Source: Acidimicrobiales bacterium
GTDB lineage: Bacteria > Actinomycetota > Acidimicrobiia > Acidimicrobiales > GCA-2861595
DNA length: 64,000 nucleotides
Direction: 5' to 3'
Assembly: GCA_035540975.1 (NCBI GenBank)
Contig: DATLFN010000152.1
Location: 1,541 to 65,540 of the forward strand
Shown here: positions 1-10,493 of the stretch, in pieces
Layout: the number at the start of each line of letters is the position of its first letter
Numbering within the stretch: position 1 is the first letter of the stretch
Position numbers and translations under genes: made by a program
Notes under the pieces: model-generated
Told to the model about the DNA's origin: nothing
The model's database searches: none
The model's input: only the letters and a program-made list of their open reading frames with translations

Positions 1-1529
1 CAGTAGAGGTACTCGTGGTCGAGGGGCGAGGAGCCGTCCACCACGGGGACGCCCTCCGGGAGGGCGTCGGTCCACGAGCCCCGGTCCGACTGGCTCATCC
101 CCCATGGGTTGCCGCTGTTCTCCAGCGACCGGAACGACCGTCCCAGCTCGGCCGGGAACTCCGACTCCATCAGCGTCAGGTACCGGCGCATGTCCAGGAT
201 CTTGTCGAGGATCTCGATGTCGACGGGGCACACCTCGTCGCACGCCCGGCACGACGTGCACGCCCACAGCTCCTCGGGCGTGATCCGGGCGAAGAGGTCG
301 GGCGCCCGCACGGTCAGCTCGGGCTCGTGGCCGACGATGGGCGCCACCGGCCCGCTGGTGCCCGCCGCGCTCTCGGCCATGACCTGGCCCACCTTCAGGA
401 CGATCTCGCGGGGGTCGAGCGGCTTGCCCGTCATCTGGGCCGGGCACACCTCCGTGCACCGGCCGCACACCGTGCAGGCGTCGGTGTCGAGCAGCTGCTT
501 CCACGTGAGGTCCTCCACCACGCCGGCGCCGAACCGCTCGAGGTCGGTGGTCGCCAGGTCCGGCATCGGCCTCATCGCCCCCCGGGGCCGGTCGCGCGGC
601 GACAGGTAGAGGTTGAGCGGCGACGTCACCATGTGCCGGAGCTTGGTCTCGGGGAGCAGCACCAGGAACGCCAGGAACGCCACGACGTGCGCGGTCCACG
701 TCGCCTGGTGGACGTTCGCCAGCGCGCCCTCGCCGAGCCCGTCGAACAGCGAGGACAGCGGGTAGCCGACGACCGACCAGCGCTCGAACGCCGGGCGCCC
801 GTCGAGGGCGATGCGCATCGCCTCGGCCAGGTGGCCGCTCACCCCGACGGCGAGGAAGGTCCCCAGCACGGCGGCGTCCTCGGGCCGGGTCTTGGTCCGC
901 AGGCGGAACGGTGGCCGCCCCCACCGGCGGGCGATGGCCCACAGCACCCCGGCCAGGAACGCCACGCCGGCCACGTCGCCCACCAGGCTGTAGCCCCGGT
1001 AGACGTCGCCGGTCAGGAACTTGAACCGCTCGGGCAGCTGGTGGTCTACCTCGAGGACGACGGTCACGGCGAACAGGACGAGGAACGGGAAGTAGAGGAG
1101 CGAGTGCATGACGCCGGCGGCGCGGTCCTCGGCGACGGTCCCCATCGAGACGCCGAGCCAGAACCGCCTCAGCCGGCGGCCGGCCGTCGCCCGGCTGGTG
1201 TCCCGCCGCTCCGCCCCGCCCCGCTCCCAGTTCCGGACGCGGCGGGCGAACAGCGCACCGACCGCCGCCACCGTCACCGCCGTCACCGTGTAGAACACCG
1301 CCCGCACCGGGCCGGCGACGTTGGCGAACACCTCGCGGCCGACGGCGGCGGGCGGGTGGCCGCCCACCACCAGCCCTGCCAGCCCCGACGCGGCGACGAC
1401 GCCGGCGCCGGCCAGCCCCAGGGCGAGGGCGAGATGCGACGGCGACAGGCGCCGGGCCGGGTGGCGGGCCACGCCGAACGGTACCGCCGGGATTCGCCGC
1501 GGCCCGATCATCGGACCGCCGGAGTTCAT
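1..1529 (-). CDS. Membrane-anchored Fe-S oxidoreductase, HdrD/DsrK-like (3' end outside window)
   Basis: Absent from the ORF track because no stop lies in the window. Reverse-strand reading from ATG at 1529 gives MNSGGPMIGPRR..., several hydrophobic helices, then two 4Fe-4S motifs CTVCGRCTEVCP and CTSCRACDEVCP. The listed + ORF 15..1550 is its antisense shadow. Confidence 0.7.
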   Translation of the reverse strand, partial: MNSGGPMIGPRRIPAVPFGVARHPARRLSPSHLALALGLAGAGVVAASGLAGLVVGGHPPAAVGREVFANVAGPVRAVFYTVTAVTVAAVGALFARRVRNWERGGAERRDTSRATAGRRLRRFWLGVSMGTVAEDRAAGVMHSLLYFPFLVLFAVTVVLEVDHQLPERFKFLTGDVYRGYSLVGDVAGVAFLAGVLWAIARRWGRPPFRLRTKTRPEDAAVLGTFLAVGVSGHLAEAMRIALDGRPAFERWSVVGYPLSSLFDGLGEGALANVHQATWTAHVVAFLAFLVLLPETKLRHMVTSPLNLYLSPRDRPRGAMRPMPDLATTDLERFGAGVVEDLTWKQLLDTDACTVCGRCTEVCPAQMTGKPLDPREIVLKVGQVMAESAAGTSGPVAPIVGHEPELTVRAPDLFARITPEELWACTSCRACDEVCPVDIEILDKILDMRRYLTLMESEFPAELGRSFRSLENSGNPWGMSQSDRGSWTDALPEGVPVVDGSSPLDHEYLY

Positions 1530-1575
1530 GCCGAGGCAACATGGCCGTAATGTCGGGCTCCTAGCGTCCGGCAGC

Positions 1576-2112
1576 ATGGAAGCGTCACCCCCCGAGGTCG
1601 TCCTCCTCCGGTGGCCCCTGGAACGCGACCGCCGCGAGGTCCTCGCCAGCTCGCAGACCGCCCGTCTGCTGCTCGTCGAGGAGGGGGCCGCGCCGCCCGA
1701 GCCGGAGGACTGCGTGGAGGACTGGATCCGGGTGCCGGCGCCCGACGCCGACGTGAAGGTGCGCGTCCGCGCCCTCCTGCACCGGTCCCGCCGCCATGCC
1801 GGCACGGCACCGGTCCTCGACAGCGACGGCGTGCTGCGCTTCGGGGCGGCGTGGGTGTCGCTCCCGCCGGTGGAGTCGCGCCTCACCGCCGCCTTCCTCG
1901 AGCGCTTCGGCGCGGTGGTCAGCCGGGAGGCCCTGGCCCGGGCCGGCTGGCCCGACGGGGCACCCGGTCGCAACGCCCTCGACGTCCACGTCCTCCGGCT
2001 GCGCCGGCGCCTCGTGCCCGTCTCCCTCGCCATCCGCACGGTCCGCTCCCGGGGCTACCTGCTGGAGGCGGCCGCGTCGGGGTGGGGCGACGTCCGGGTC
2101 CGGCACGCGTGA
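1576..2112 (+). CDS. OmpR/PhoB-type winged-helix DNA-binding protein (no clear receiver domain)
   Basis: C-terminal LRFGAAWVSLPPVESRLTAAFLERFGAVVSREALARAGW...LDVHVLRLRRRL...IRTVRSRGYLL fits the trans_reg_C pattern. In-frame ATG 1576 (MEASPPEVVLL) chosen; the 1321 start would overlap the divergent gene. Confidence 0.6.
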   Translation: MEASPPEVVLLRWPLERDRREVLASSQTARLLLVEEGAAPPEPEDCVEDWIRVPAPDADVKVRVRALLHRSRRHAGTAPVLDSDGVLRFGAAWVSLPPVESRLTAAFLERFGAVVSREALARAGWPDGAPGRNALDVHVLRLRRRLVPVSLAIRTVRSRGYLLEAAASGWGDVRVRHA

Positions 2113-2188
2113 CGAGCCCGCTCCCCGTCGACGGGCCCGGGCGCGCCGCCGGGCACCCGACCGCGCGGCACCCGAGCGAGCGCCGGTC

Positions 2189-2908
2189 CTAGAACGACGA
2201 GGCGGTGTTCTCGGCCTGGTCGCCGAGTAGCCGTTCCGACACCGGGGCGAGCCGGTCGTCGAGGTCGAACACCCACGGCACCCCGGTGGGGATCTCCAGC
2301 TCGGGGATGTCGTGGTCGGAGATGCCGAGCAGGTGCTTGACGAGGGCCCGGAGGCTGTTGCCGTGGGCGGCCACCAGCACGGTGGCCCCGCCGGTCAGAT
2401 CGGGGGCGATGGCGTCGAACCAGTACGGGAGCATGCGGACCACCACGTCGCGCAGGCACTCGCCGGTGGGCAGGACGTCGACGGGCAGGCGGGCGTAGCG
2501 GGCCAGGTGGCGCGGGTGGCGGGGGTCGTCCGGCGCGATCGGAGGCGGCGGCACGTCGTAGCTGCGCCGCCACACGCGGACCTGGTCGGCCCCGTGGACG
2601 GCGGCCGTCTCCGCCTTGTCGTGCGTCTCCAGGGCGCCGTAGTGGCGCTCGTTCAGCCGCCAGTGCCGGCGGACGGGCACCCATGACCGGTCCATCTCCG
2701 CGAGGGCGAGGTTGGCGGTGCGGATGGCGCGGTTCTGCACCGAGGTGTGGACCACGTCCACCTCGATCCCGGTCCCGGCCAGGCGGCGGCCGCCCTCCAT
2801 CGCCTCCTCGACGCCGGAGGGCGACAGGTCGCACTCCTGCCAGCCGGTGAAGACGTTCCGGAGGTTGAACGTGCTCTGGCCGTGGCGCAGGAGGACGAGA
2901 CGGTGCAC
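2189..2908 (-). CDS. gpmA: 2,3-bisphosphoglycerate-dependent phosphoglycerate mutase
   Basis: LVLLRHGQSTFN, RHWRLNERHYGAL and AAHGNSLRAL motifs. The ORF extends to TTG 2980, but GTG 2908 gives the usual MHRLVLLRHG N-terminus. Confidence 0.9.
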   Translation of the reverse strand: MHRLVLLRHGQSTFNLRNVFTGWQECDLSPSGVEEAMEGGRRLAGTGIEVDVVHTSVQNRAIRTANLALAEMDRSWVPVRRHWRLNERHYGALETHDKAETAAVHGADQVRVWRRSYDVPPPPIAPDDPRHPRHLARYARLPVDVLPTGECLRDVVVRMLPYWFDAIAPDLTGGATVLVAAHGNSLRALVKHLLGISDHDIPELEIPTGVPWVFDLDDRLAPVSERLLGDQAENTASSF

Positions 2909-2972
2909 CGGCGTACCGTAGCGGAGGGCCGCCGAGCGCTCCCGCTGCGTCCTGACGACACCGGCCGCCCGA

Positions 2973-2993
2973 CTTGCCAATCAGGCGCTCAAC
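2973..2993. promoter_or_regulatory. Degenerate HAIR-like (HspR operator) element upstream of dnaK
   Basis: cTTGCC-N9-CTCAAc has the spacing of the HAIR consensus CTTGAGT-N7-ACTCAAG. The right core is perfect and the left core matches 3/5. It lies about 50 nt upstream of the dnaK ATG. Confidence 0.35.
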
Positions 2994-3045
2994 TTTGCTA
3001 GGCTGGCGCTGTCACGTAAGAACGAGTCCCTCTGGAGGCACCTCC

Positions 3046-4878
<1,833 letters not shown>

Positions 4879-4884
4879 CCCACG

Positions 4885-5670
4885 GTGCCCGGACCCGGCC
4901 ACCCCGGCCACTTCCCGAAGCCCCCCGGCTGGATCGACCGGCCGGGGCAGCCGTCGTCGGCCGGCGGCGGCCCTTCGCGTCCCCCGCGGACGTCGGGTTC
5001 GGCCGACGGCTCACCGGGCGCCGGCCCGCCCGGGCGCCCGTCCGCCGGTCCCGCCACCGACCCGGCACCGGGCCCGGGCCCGTCAGCGGGCAGCGGGACC
5101 GGCTCCGCCGAGAGCGGCGCCCCGTCGGGCGGGTCGAGCCCGGCCCAGGAGGCGGCGGCCAAGGTCGCCGAGATGCTCGGGCGCCAGGAGGAGGACGACG
5201 GCGACGCCGTCGAGGAGGCCGCCGAGGCCGTCGAGCACGACATCGACGCCCTGGCCAAGGCGGAGGCCCAGCGCGACGAGTACCTCGACTCGCTGCGCCG
5301 CCTCCAGGCCGACTTCGAGAACTACAAGAAGCGCATCGCCCGCCAGCACGCCGACATCCAGGAGCGGGCGGCCGAGAAGCTGGTCGAGAGCCTGCTCCCG
5401 GTCCTGGACAACTTCGACCTGGCCATCTCCCACGCCGCCGCGGACGCCGGCCTGGAGCCGATCCACCGGTCGCTGCTGAGCGTGCTGGCGTCGGCCGGTC
5501 TGGAGCGCATGGACCCGGCCGGGCAGCCCTTCGACCCGAACGAGCACGACGCCGTCCTCCACGAGCCGGGGGGCGACTCGGCCGAGCCGGAGGTCATCGA
5601 GGTGATGCGGGCCGGCTACCGGTGGAAGGGCCGTGTCCTGCGCCCGGCCATGGTGAAGGTGAAGGGCTAG
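4885..5670 (+). CDS. grpE: Nucleotide exchange factor GrpE (long Pro/Gly-rich N-terminus; start uncertain)
   Basis: RLQADFENYKKR, LLPVLDNFD, DPNEHDAV and GYRWKGRVLRPAMVKV motifs. GTG start lies 7 nt after the dnaK stop. The roughly 100-aa PG-rich N-terminus has high GC3, so it is probably translated. Confidence 0.88.
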   Translation: MPGPGHPGHFPKPPGWIDRPGQPSSAGGGPSRPPRTSGSADGSPGAGPPGRPSAGPATDPAPGPGPSAGSGTGSAESGAPSGGSSPAQEAAAKVAEMLGRQEEDDGDAVEEAAEAVEHDIDALAKAEAQRDEYLDSLRRLQADFENYKKRIARQHADIQERAAEKLVESLLPVLDNFDLAISHAAADAGLEPIHRSLLSVLASAGLERMDPAGQPFDPNEHDAVLHEPGGDSAEPEVIEVMRAGYRWKGRVLRPAMVKVKG

Positions 5671-5688
5671 AGGTCGAGAGAGAAGGCT

Positions 5689-6789
5689 GTGCCGGCACAG
5701 CGCGAGTGGTTCGAGAAGGACTACTACAAGGTCCTCGGGGTCACCGAGAAGGCGTCCGAGAAGGACATCACCAGCGCGTACCGCCGGCTGGCCAAGAAGC
5801 TCCACCCCGACGCCAACCCCGGCTCCGAGGACCGCTTCAAGGAGGTCTCGGCCGCCTACGACGTGCTCGGCGACCCGGCCAGGCGCAAGGAGTACGACGA
5901 GGTCCGCCGCATGGGGCCGGCGGGGTTCGGCCGGCCCGGCGGGAACGGCGGCCCGGGCTTCGGCGGCGGCTTCCGCGTCGACGACCTGGGCGACCTGCTC
6001 GGCGGGCTCTTCACCAAGGGCCGCGCCACCCGCAGCCGGTCGTCACCCCAGCGCGGCGACGACCTCGAGGCGACGCTCAACCTGTCGTTCTCCGACGCCG
6101 TCGACGGGGTGATCACCTCGGTCAACGTCATCAGCGACGCCGCCTGCCACACGTGCAACGGCACCGGGGCGGCGCCGGGGACGTCGCCGGTGATCTGCTC
6201 GGCGTGTGGAGGGCGGGGAGCGGTGAACGAGAACCAGGGGCTTTTCTCGTTCAGCCAGCCGTGCCCGGAGTGCCGGGGGACCGGCATGCGGGTCGAGACG
6301 CCGTGCCGGACCTGTGCCGGCTCCGGCCTGGAGCGCCGCCCCCGCCAGGTCAAGGTGCGCGTCCCCGCCGGGATCGACGACGGGAAGCGCATCGTCCTCA
6401 AGGGGCGGGGCGGGGCAGGGCACAATGGGGGCCCTCCGGGAGACGTGTACGTGGTGGTGCGGGTGGCGAGCCATGAGCTGTTCGGTCGAAAGGGCAAGGA
6501 CCTGACCCTCACCGTCCCCGTCACGTTCGCCGAGGCCGCCCTGGGGGCCACGGTGAAGATCCCCACCCTCGGCGAGCCCGTCACCCTGAAGGTGCCACCG
6601 GGCACCCGGTCCGGCCGCACGTTCCGCGTGCGGGGGCGGGGCATCGACACCGGCGACGGCCACGGTGACCTGCTCGCCACCGTCGAGGTCGTCGTGCCCG
6701 AGAGGTTGTCCGAGGAGCAGCGGTCGGCCGTGGAGGCGCTGGCGGCCGCGTCGTCGGAGTCGCCCCGGCGCCACCTGGGCGTGGAGTGA
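5689..6789 (+). CDS. dnaJ: Co-chaperone DnaJ
   Basis: J domain DYYKVLGV...KKLHPDAN, a Gly-rich linker and four CxxCxGxG zinc-finger repeats (CHTCNGTG, CSACGGRG, CPECRGTG, CRTCAGSG). Confidence 0.95.
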   Translation: MPAQREWFEKDYYKVLGVTEKASEKDITSAYRRLAKKLHPDANPGSEDRFKEVSAAYDVLGDPARRKEYDEVRRMGPAGFGRPGGNGGPGFGGGFRVDDLGDLLGGLFTKGRATRSRSSPQRGDDLEATLNLSFSDAVDGVITSVNVISDAACHTCNGTGAAPGTSPVICSACGGRGAVNENQGLFSFSQPCPECRGTGMRVETPCRTCAGSGLERRPRQVKVRVPAGIDDGKRIVLKGRGGAGHNGGPPGDVYVVVRVASHELFGRKGKDLTLTVPVTFAEAALGATVKIPTLGEPVTLKVPPGTRSGRTFRVRGRGIDTGDGHGDLLATVEVVVPERLSEEQRSAVEALAAASSESPRRHLGVE

Positions 6790-7163
6790 TGGCCGCCGCC
6801 GACGCCCGCCGGGCCGTCTACGTGATCTCGGTCGCCGCCGAGCTGGCCGGCGTGCACCCCCAGACGCTGCGCATCTACGAGCGCAAGGGGCTGGTGGACC
6901 CCGCCCGCACCGTCGGCGGCAGCCGCCGGTACAGCGAGCGCGACATCGAGCGCCTGCGCCGCATCCAGGACCTCACCAACGCCGGGCTCAACCTCGAGGG
7001 CGTGCGCCGGGTCATCGCCTTGGAGGACGAGAACGAGCGCCTCCGGGCGCAGCTGGCCCAGGCCCGCCTCGACGCCGAGGCGGCGGTCGAGCTGGCCCAC
7101 CGGGAGCACCGCCGCGACCTGGTGCCCATGAACCAGTTCCCCGTCCCGTACCGGCGCCGCTAG
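6786..7163 (+). CDS. hspR: MerR-family heat-shock repressor HspR
   Basis: VYVISVAAELAGVHPQTLRIYERKGLVDPARTVGGSRRYSERDIERLRRIQ is the MerR HTH. It is the last gene of the dnaK operon and overlaps the dnaJ stop by 4 nt (GTGA). Confidence 0.88.
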   Translation: MMAAADARRAVYVISVAAELAGVHPQTLRIYERKGLVDPARTVGGSRRYSERDIERLRRIQDLTNAGLNLEGVRRVIALEDENERLRAQLAQARLDAEAAVELAHREHRRDLVPMNQFPVPYRRR

Positions 7164-7422
7164 GCGTTTCGCCGTCGCAAGCGGAGCTTGCTCGGCGAGC
7201 TCTGTCGTGCTCCGGGCGGCCGGCGGAGCCGGCCGCCCTCCGCGCTGGACCCTCGTCCCTGCATGGCCGGCAGCCGGGGAGCGCCGCCTCCGGCGGCGGT
7301 CGGCGGCCGCCGTCCGTTGCCGCCCACTTCCGCGACGGCCCCCGCCCCTACCGCCCCCTTGCCGCGTTCCGGCGGCACGGGAGGGCGGATAGCGCCCCGA
7401 TTTGCCGCCGGAACCGCCGCCC

Positions 7423-7452
7423 GGAACCGCCCCGGTTGCCCGGGGCGGTTCC
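7423..7452. terminator. Strong GC hairpin between convergent hspR and the caspase-like gene
   Basis: GGAACCGCCCCGG-ttgc-CCGGGGCGGTTCC is a 13-bp perfect stem. It is followed by TTCT on the + strand and begins 3 nt beyond the minus-strand stop at 7455-7457. No long U-tract on either strand. Confidence 0.5.
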
Positions 7453-7454
7453 TT

Positions 7455-8339
7455 CTAGATGCAGATGTCGGGCAGCAGGCAGATCTTGCCGGCGTTGGGG
7501 TTGGGTGCCAGCGGCCCCGGGGGCGGGGGCGGTGGCTTCGGAGGGCCGGACAGGAACCAGTCGCCACCGGCGCCGCCGCCGAACATCACCGGCTGCTGGA
7601 CGCCCTTGCGCTGGCCGGACGTGAGGCGGGGCGCCTCCCGCTCGGCATGGCGGAACATCTCCTGGATGGACACCACGCCGTCGCCGTTGGCGTCGCCGCG
7701 GTTCTCCATGGCCGCGAAGCGCATGGTGAGCCCCGTGTAGATCGACATGCCCCAGCCGGGGTGCTCGTAGGACTTCTGGTGCTCCTCCGACGAGCCGGTG
7801 AACAGCCGCCGGTCCCCGAAGAGGCCTCCCTCGTTGAACCCGGCCGCCTCGCATCCCGAGATGTCGGTCCACAGCCAGCCCCGGACGCTGCCCAGCCGCT
7901 CGCCCAGCTCGCGGTCGGAGATGATCTTGTTGTCGTAGGGGACGAGGAACTCGTCGAGCACCTCGCCGTCGCGGTCGAGGTCGCCGCCCCGCTGGAACAC
8001 GTGGCCCGAGTAGTGGAACACGCTGAACGAGCCGTCGTTGCTGCGGTCGCGCAGCCAGTCGAGCCCGGCCCGGATGTTCGCCCCGGTGGCCGCCGTACCG
8101 GTGAGGACCCGGATGGAGTCGTCGGCCCAGCCTGCCCGCTTCAGCACGTCGCGGAAGGTGTCGGCGTCCCCCGCTCCCCCGACGGGCGCTGCCGGGCGGT
8201 TCCCGACGTGCCCCGACACCCCGACGATCAGCGCCGTCCGGCGTGCCTCAGCAGGAGGGCCCGCCGAAGCGGGCCCTCCTGCCAGAAGTTGGAACAAAGG
8301 GACTGACAGCACCGCCGCTGCCAGCAGTCCACGCCTCAC
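7455..8339 (-). CDS. Secreted caspase-like (clan CD, C14-type) cysteine peptidase with embedded EF-hand
   Basis: Signal peptide MRRGLLAAAVLSVPLFQLLAGGPASA. Caspase-fold pattern ALIVGVSG...FSVFHYSGHV (His) ... LVPYDNKIISDRELGERL...WTDISGCEAAG (Cys). Canonical EF-hand loop DANGDGVVSIQE. Pro-rich tail ending KICLLPDICI. Confidence 0.6.
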   Translation of the reverse strand: MRRGLLAAAVLSVPLFQLLAGGPASAGPPAEARRTALIVGVSGHVGNRPAAPVGGAGDADTFRDVLKRAGWADDSIRVLTGTAATGANIRAGLDWLRDRSNDGSFSVFHYSGHVFQRGGDLDRDGEVLDEFLVPYDNKIISDRELGERLGSVRGWLWTDISGCEAAGFNEGGLFGDRRLFTGSSEEHQKSYEHPGWGMSIYTGLTMRFAAMENRGDANGDGVVSIQEMFRHAEREAPRLTSGQRKGVQQPVMFGGGAGGDWFLSGPPKPPPPPPGPLAPNPNAGKICLLPDICI

Positions 8340-8343
8340 GGCG

Positions 8344-10209
8344 TTACGACTGCGCGGCGGCTCTCACCCGCCGGACGAGGACGGCGGCGCTCAGGAGCCC
8401 GAGGCCGGCGAGGGCCATGGCGGGCCCGCTGGAGCCGGTCCGGGGGAGCACGTCGACGCCGGTCGCCGGCAGCTCACGGCCACCGCCGACGCTCGGGACG
8501 ACCACGGTGGTCTCGCCCGTGATCGGCACCGTGATGCGGGCACCGCCCTGGGCCGAGCCGGTGGCGCAGTTGCCCGTGGCGACGGCGTTGTTGGTGAACT
8601 GGCCGGCCGCCGAGTTGGCGGCGACCGCCACCGTGATGCTCACCGTCTTCGACTGTTTCGGTCCGATCGGGCCGATGTCGTCGAAGGTGATGGTGTTGGC
8701 GGTCTGGCTGTTCGCCTGCGGGTTCGTGCCGGTGATCGTGTACCGGACGCCGGCCGTCGTCGTGATGGTGTCGACCACCCGGACGTTGGTCAGGTCGCAG
8801 TCGGCGAACGGGTTGGTGACGTTGATGTTGTAGGTGAAGGTGTCACCGGCGTTGACGGTCTGCTTGTCGGCGGTCTTGCTGACCGGGACGTTGCAGCGGA
8901 TGCCGCCGGCCGGGACCTGGGCGTGCGACTCCATGTGGCCGACGCGGATGTCGAGGACGCTGACGCCGAGGAGGGTGGTCGCCTCGAGCAGCTGCACCCG
9001 GACCACGTCCACGGCACCGGAGGCGACGGTGCCGTCGCCGCCCTGGGTGGCCGACGAGTTGGCGTCGCCGCCGATGGCCCGGGGGTCCTCACCGATGACG
9101 ATGGAGGCCACACCCGGGATCTCGATGGGGAGGCCCTCGGTGCCGAGCAGGTCCTGCAGGGTCAGCACGGTGTTTTCCACGCCGCCCTCGAGGATGCTGA
9201 GCACCGGGGTCTCGGGGCTGACGGCGCCCGGGCCGTAGTGGACGTACGCCTGGCCGGGGAGGCCGGTGGCCACCGAGCGCAGCACCCACTCACCGAGGAA
9301 CTCCAGGGTGATGGCGCCGCCCAGGATGTCGACCGGGGCGATCGTCATGCGGGTCTCGGTCATGAGGCCGAAGTGGTCGCCGATCTTGTTGCCCTGGGCG
9401 TCGGTCTGGGGGACCAGCCGGGTGATCGACCGGGACTGCGACACGGCGCGCTCGGGCTCGGGGGCGTTGGTCTCGACGGCACCGCTGGCGAACGGAGCGT
9501 CGCCCTCGGTGGCGCCACCCAGGTTCAGCAGCTGGGCGTCGGCGGCGTAGCCGAGGCCGTAGCTGAGGGGCTCCCCGAGGGAGCAGGTGTTGTCGCCGTC
9601 CCAGCGCACCTGGGCCTCGCCGCGGACGAGGGACGCATAGGCGGCCGGGTCGATCTTGATGGGGCCGACCTCACGGCGGACCAGCGCCGAGGTCGGAGGG
9701 CCGGAGACGAGCGCCCGCTGCGCCAGCAGGAGCTGGTTGGCGTTCACGTCCTGCGAGACCGTCGTACCGACGCCGATCTCGAGGCCCGAACCCCGGCCGA
9801 AGACACGGTCACCCTGGAGGTTGGGGTCCAGGCTCGTGTTGGGCAGCGCAGGCTGGATGACCTGCTCCATCTCGTTCACGACCGTGCCGGCGGCGGCGCC
9901 GGGGCCTCGGGTGACCCCGCCCGTGCCCTTGGAGGCCACCGTGGCGCCCGAGAAGGCCACCTCGGTGTCCAGCACTCGTGTCGTCCCCGCCGTGATGGCA
10001 TCGGCGTGGATCACCGTGCCGGTGCTGTACCCCTTGTAGTCGGCCTGCGCGGCCGGGACTTGGGCCCCCGCCGGCGTGCCCCCCGCGAACACCGAGGTCG
10101 TCAATCCGACCAACAGGCTGCTCGCTACGATCGACAACCGTCGCTTCACAGGTATCTTCCCTTCGCCGAAGACGTCCGACATGCCCGCGCTGCCGGCACT
10201 CTCGTTCAT
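8344..10209 (-). CDS. LPXTG cell-wall-anchored surface protein with DUF11-like repeat domain
   Basis: C-terminus ELPATGVDVLPRTGSSGPAMALAGLGLLSAAVLVRRVR is a sorting signal plus TM plus basic tail. A DUF11-like segment is KTADKQTVNAGDTFTYNINVTN. Signal peptide KRRLSIVASSLLVGLTTSVFAGG. Start set at ATG 10209 (MNESAG...); ATG 10182 is an alternative. Confidence 0.75.
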   Translation of the reverse strand: MNESAGSAGMSDVFGEGKIPVKRRLSIVASSLLVGLTTSVFAGGTPAGAQVPAAQADYKGYSTGTVIHADAITAGTTRVLDTEVAFSGATVASKGTGGVTRGPGAAAGTVVNEMEQVIQPALPNTSLDPNLQGDRVFGRGSGLEIGVGTTVSQDVNANQLLLAQRALVSGPPTSALVRREVGPIKIDPAAYASLVRGEAQVRWDGDNTCSLGEPLSYGLGYAADAQLLNLGGATEGDAPFASGAVETNAPEPERAVSQSRSITRLVPQTDAQGNKIGDHFGLMTETRMTIAPVDILGGAITLEFLGEWVLRSVATGLPGQAYVHYGPGAVSPETPVLSILEGGVENTVLTLQDLLGTEGLPIEIPGVASIVIGEDPRAIGGDANSSATQGGDGTVASGAVDVVRVQLLEATTLLGVSVLDIRVGHMESHAQVPAGGIRCNVPVSKTADKQTVNAGDTFTYNINVTNPFADCDLTNVRVVDTITTTAGVRYTITGTNPQANSQTANTITFDDIGPIGPKQSKTVSITVAVAANSAAGQFTNNAVATGNCATGSAQGGARITVPITGETTVVVPSVGGGRELPATGVDVLPRTGSSGPAMALAGLGLLSAAVLVRRVRAAAQS

Positions 10210-10441
10210 CAAGAGAGACGTGGCTGGCAGTGCCTTATGACGGTGTGTCTGCTGATTTTTGTGTTGCTGTCGAGTTCCGGGCGGTCCGCGGCCGCCTGTG
10301 CCGGTTGTCCGGCGGCGCAATCCTTTCACAACCGCACCCGTTTTACACAGTCCGTTGCGTACGGCTCGACGCGAGCGCCCGGAGGGCGGCGTGGGCGCCC
10401 TCCGGCGGCGACCGGGAATGCGTCGTGGGGGGCCCGTCGTT

Positions 10442-10462
10442 CTTGATAACGTCATTAGCAAG
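10442..10462. promoter_or_regulatory. HAIR-like inverted repeat (candidate HspR operator) upstream of clpB
   Basis: CTTGATA-acgtcat-TAGCAAG has 7-nt arms matching 6/7 as an inverted repeat with a 7-nt spacer, the same geometry as CTTGAGT-N7-ACTCAAG. It lies 32 nt upstream of the clpB ATG. Confidence 0.45.
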
Positions 10463-10493
10463 TTTCCTCGTGACCTGACCCGCAGAGGTAGCG

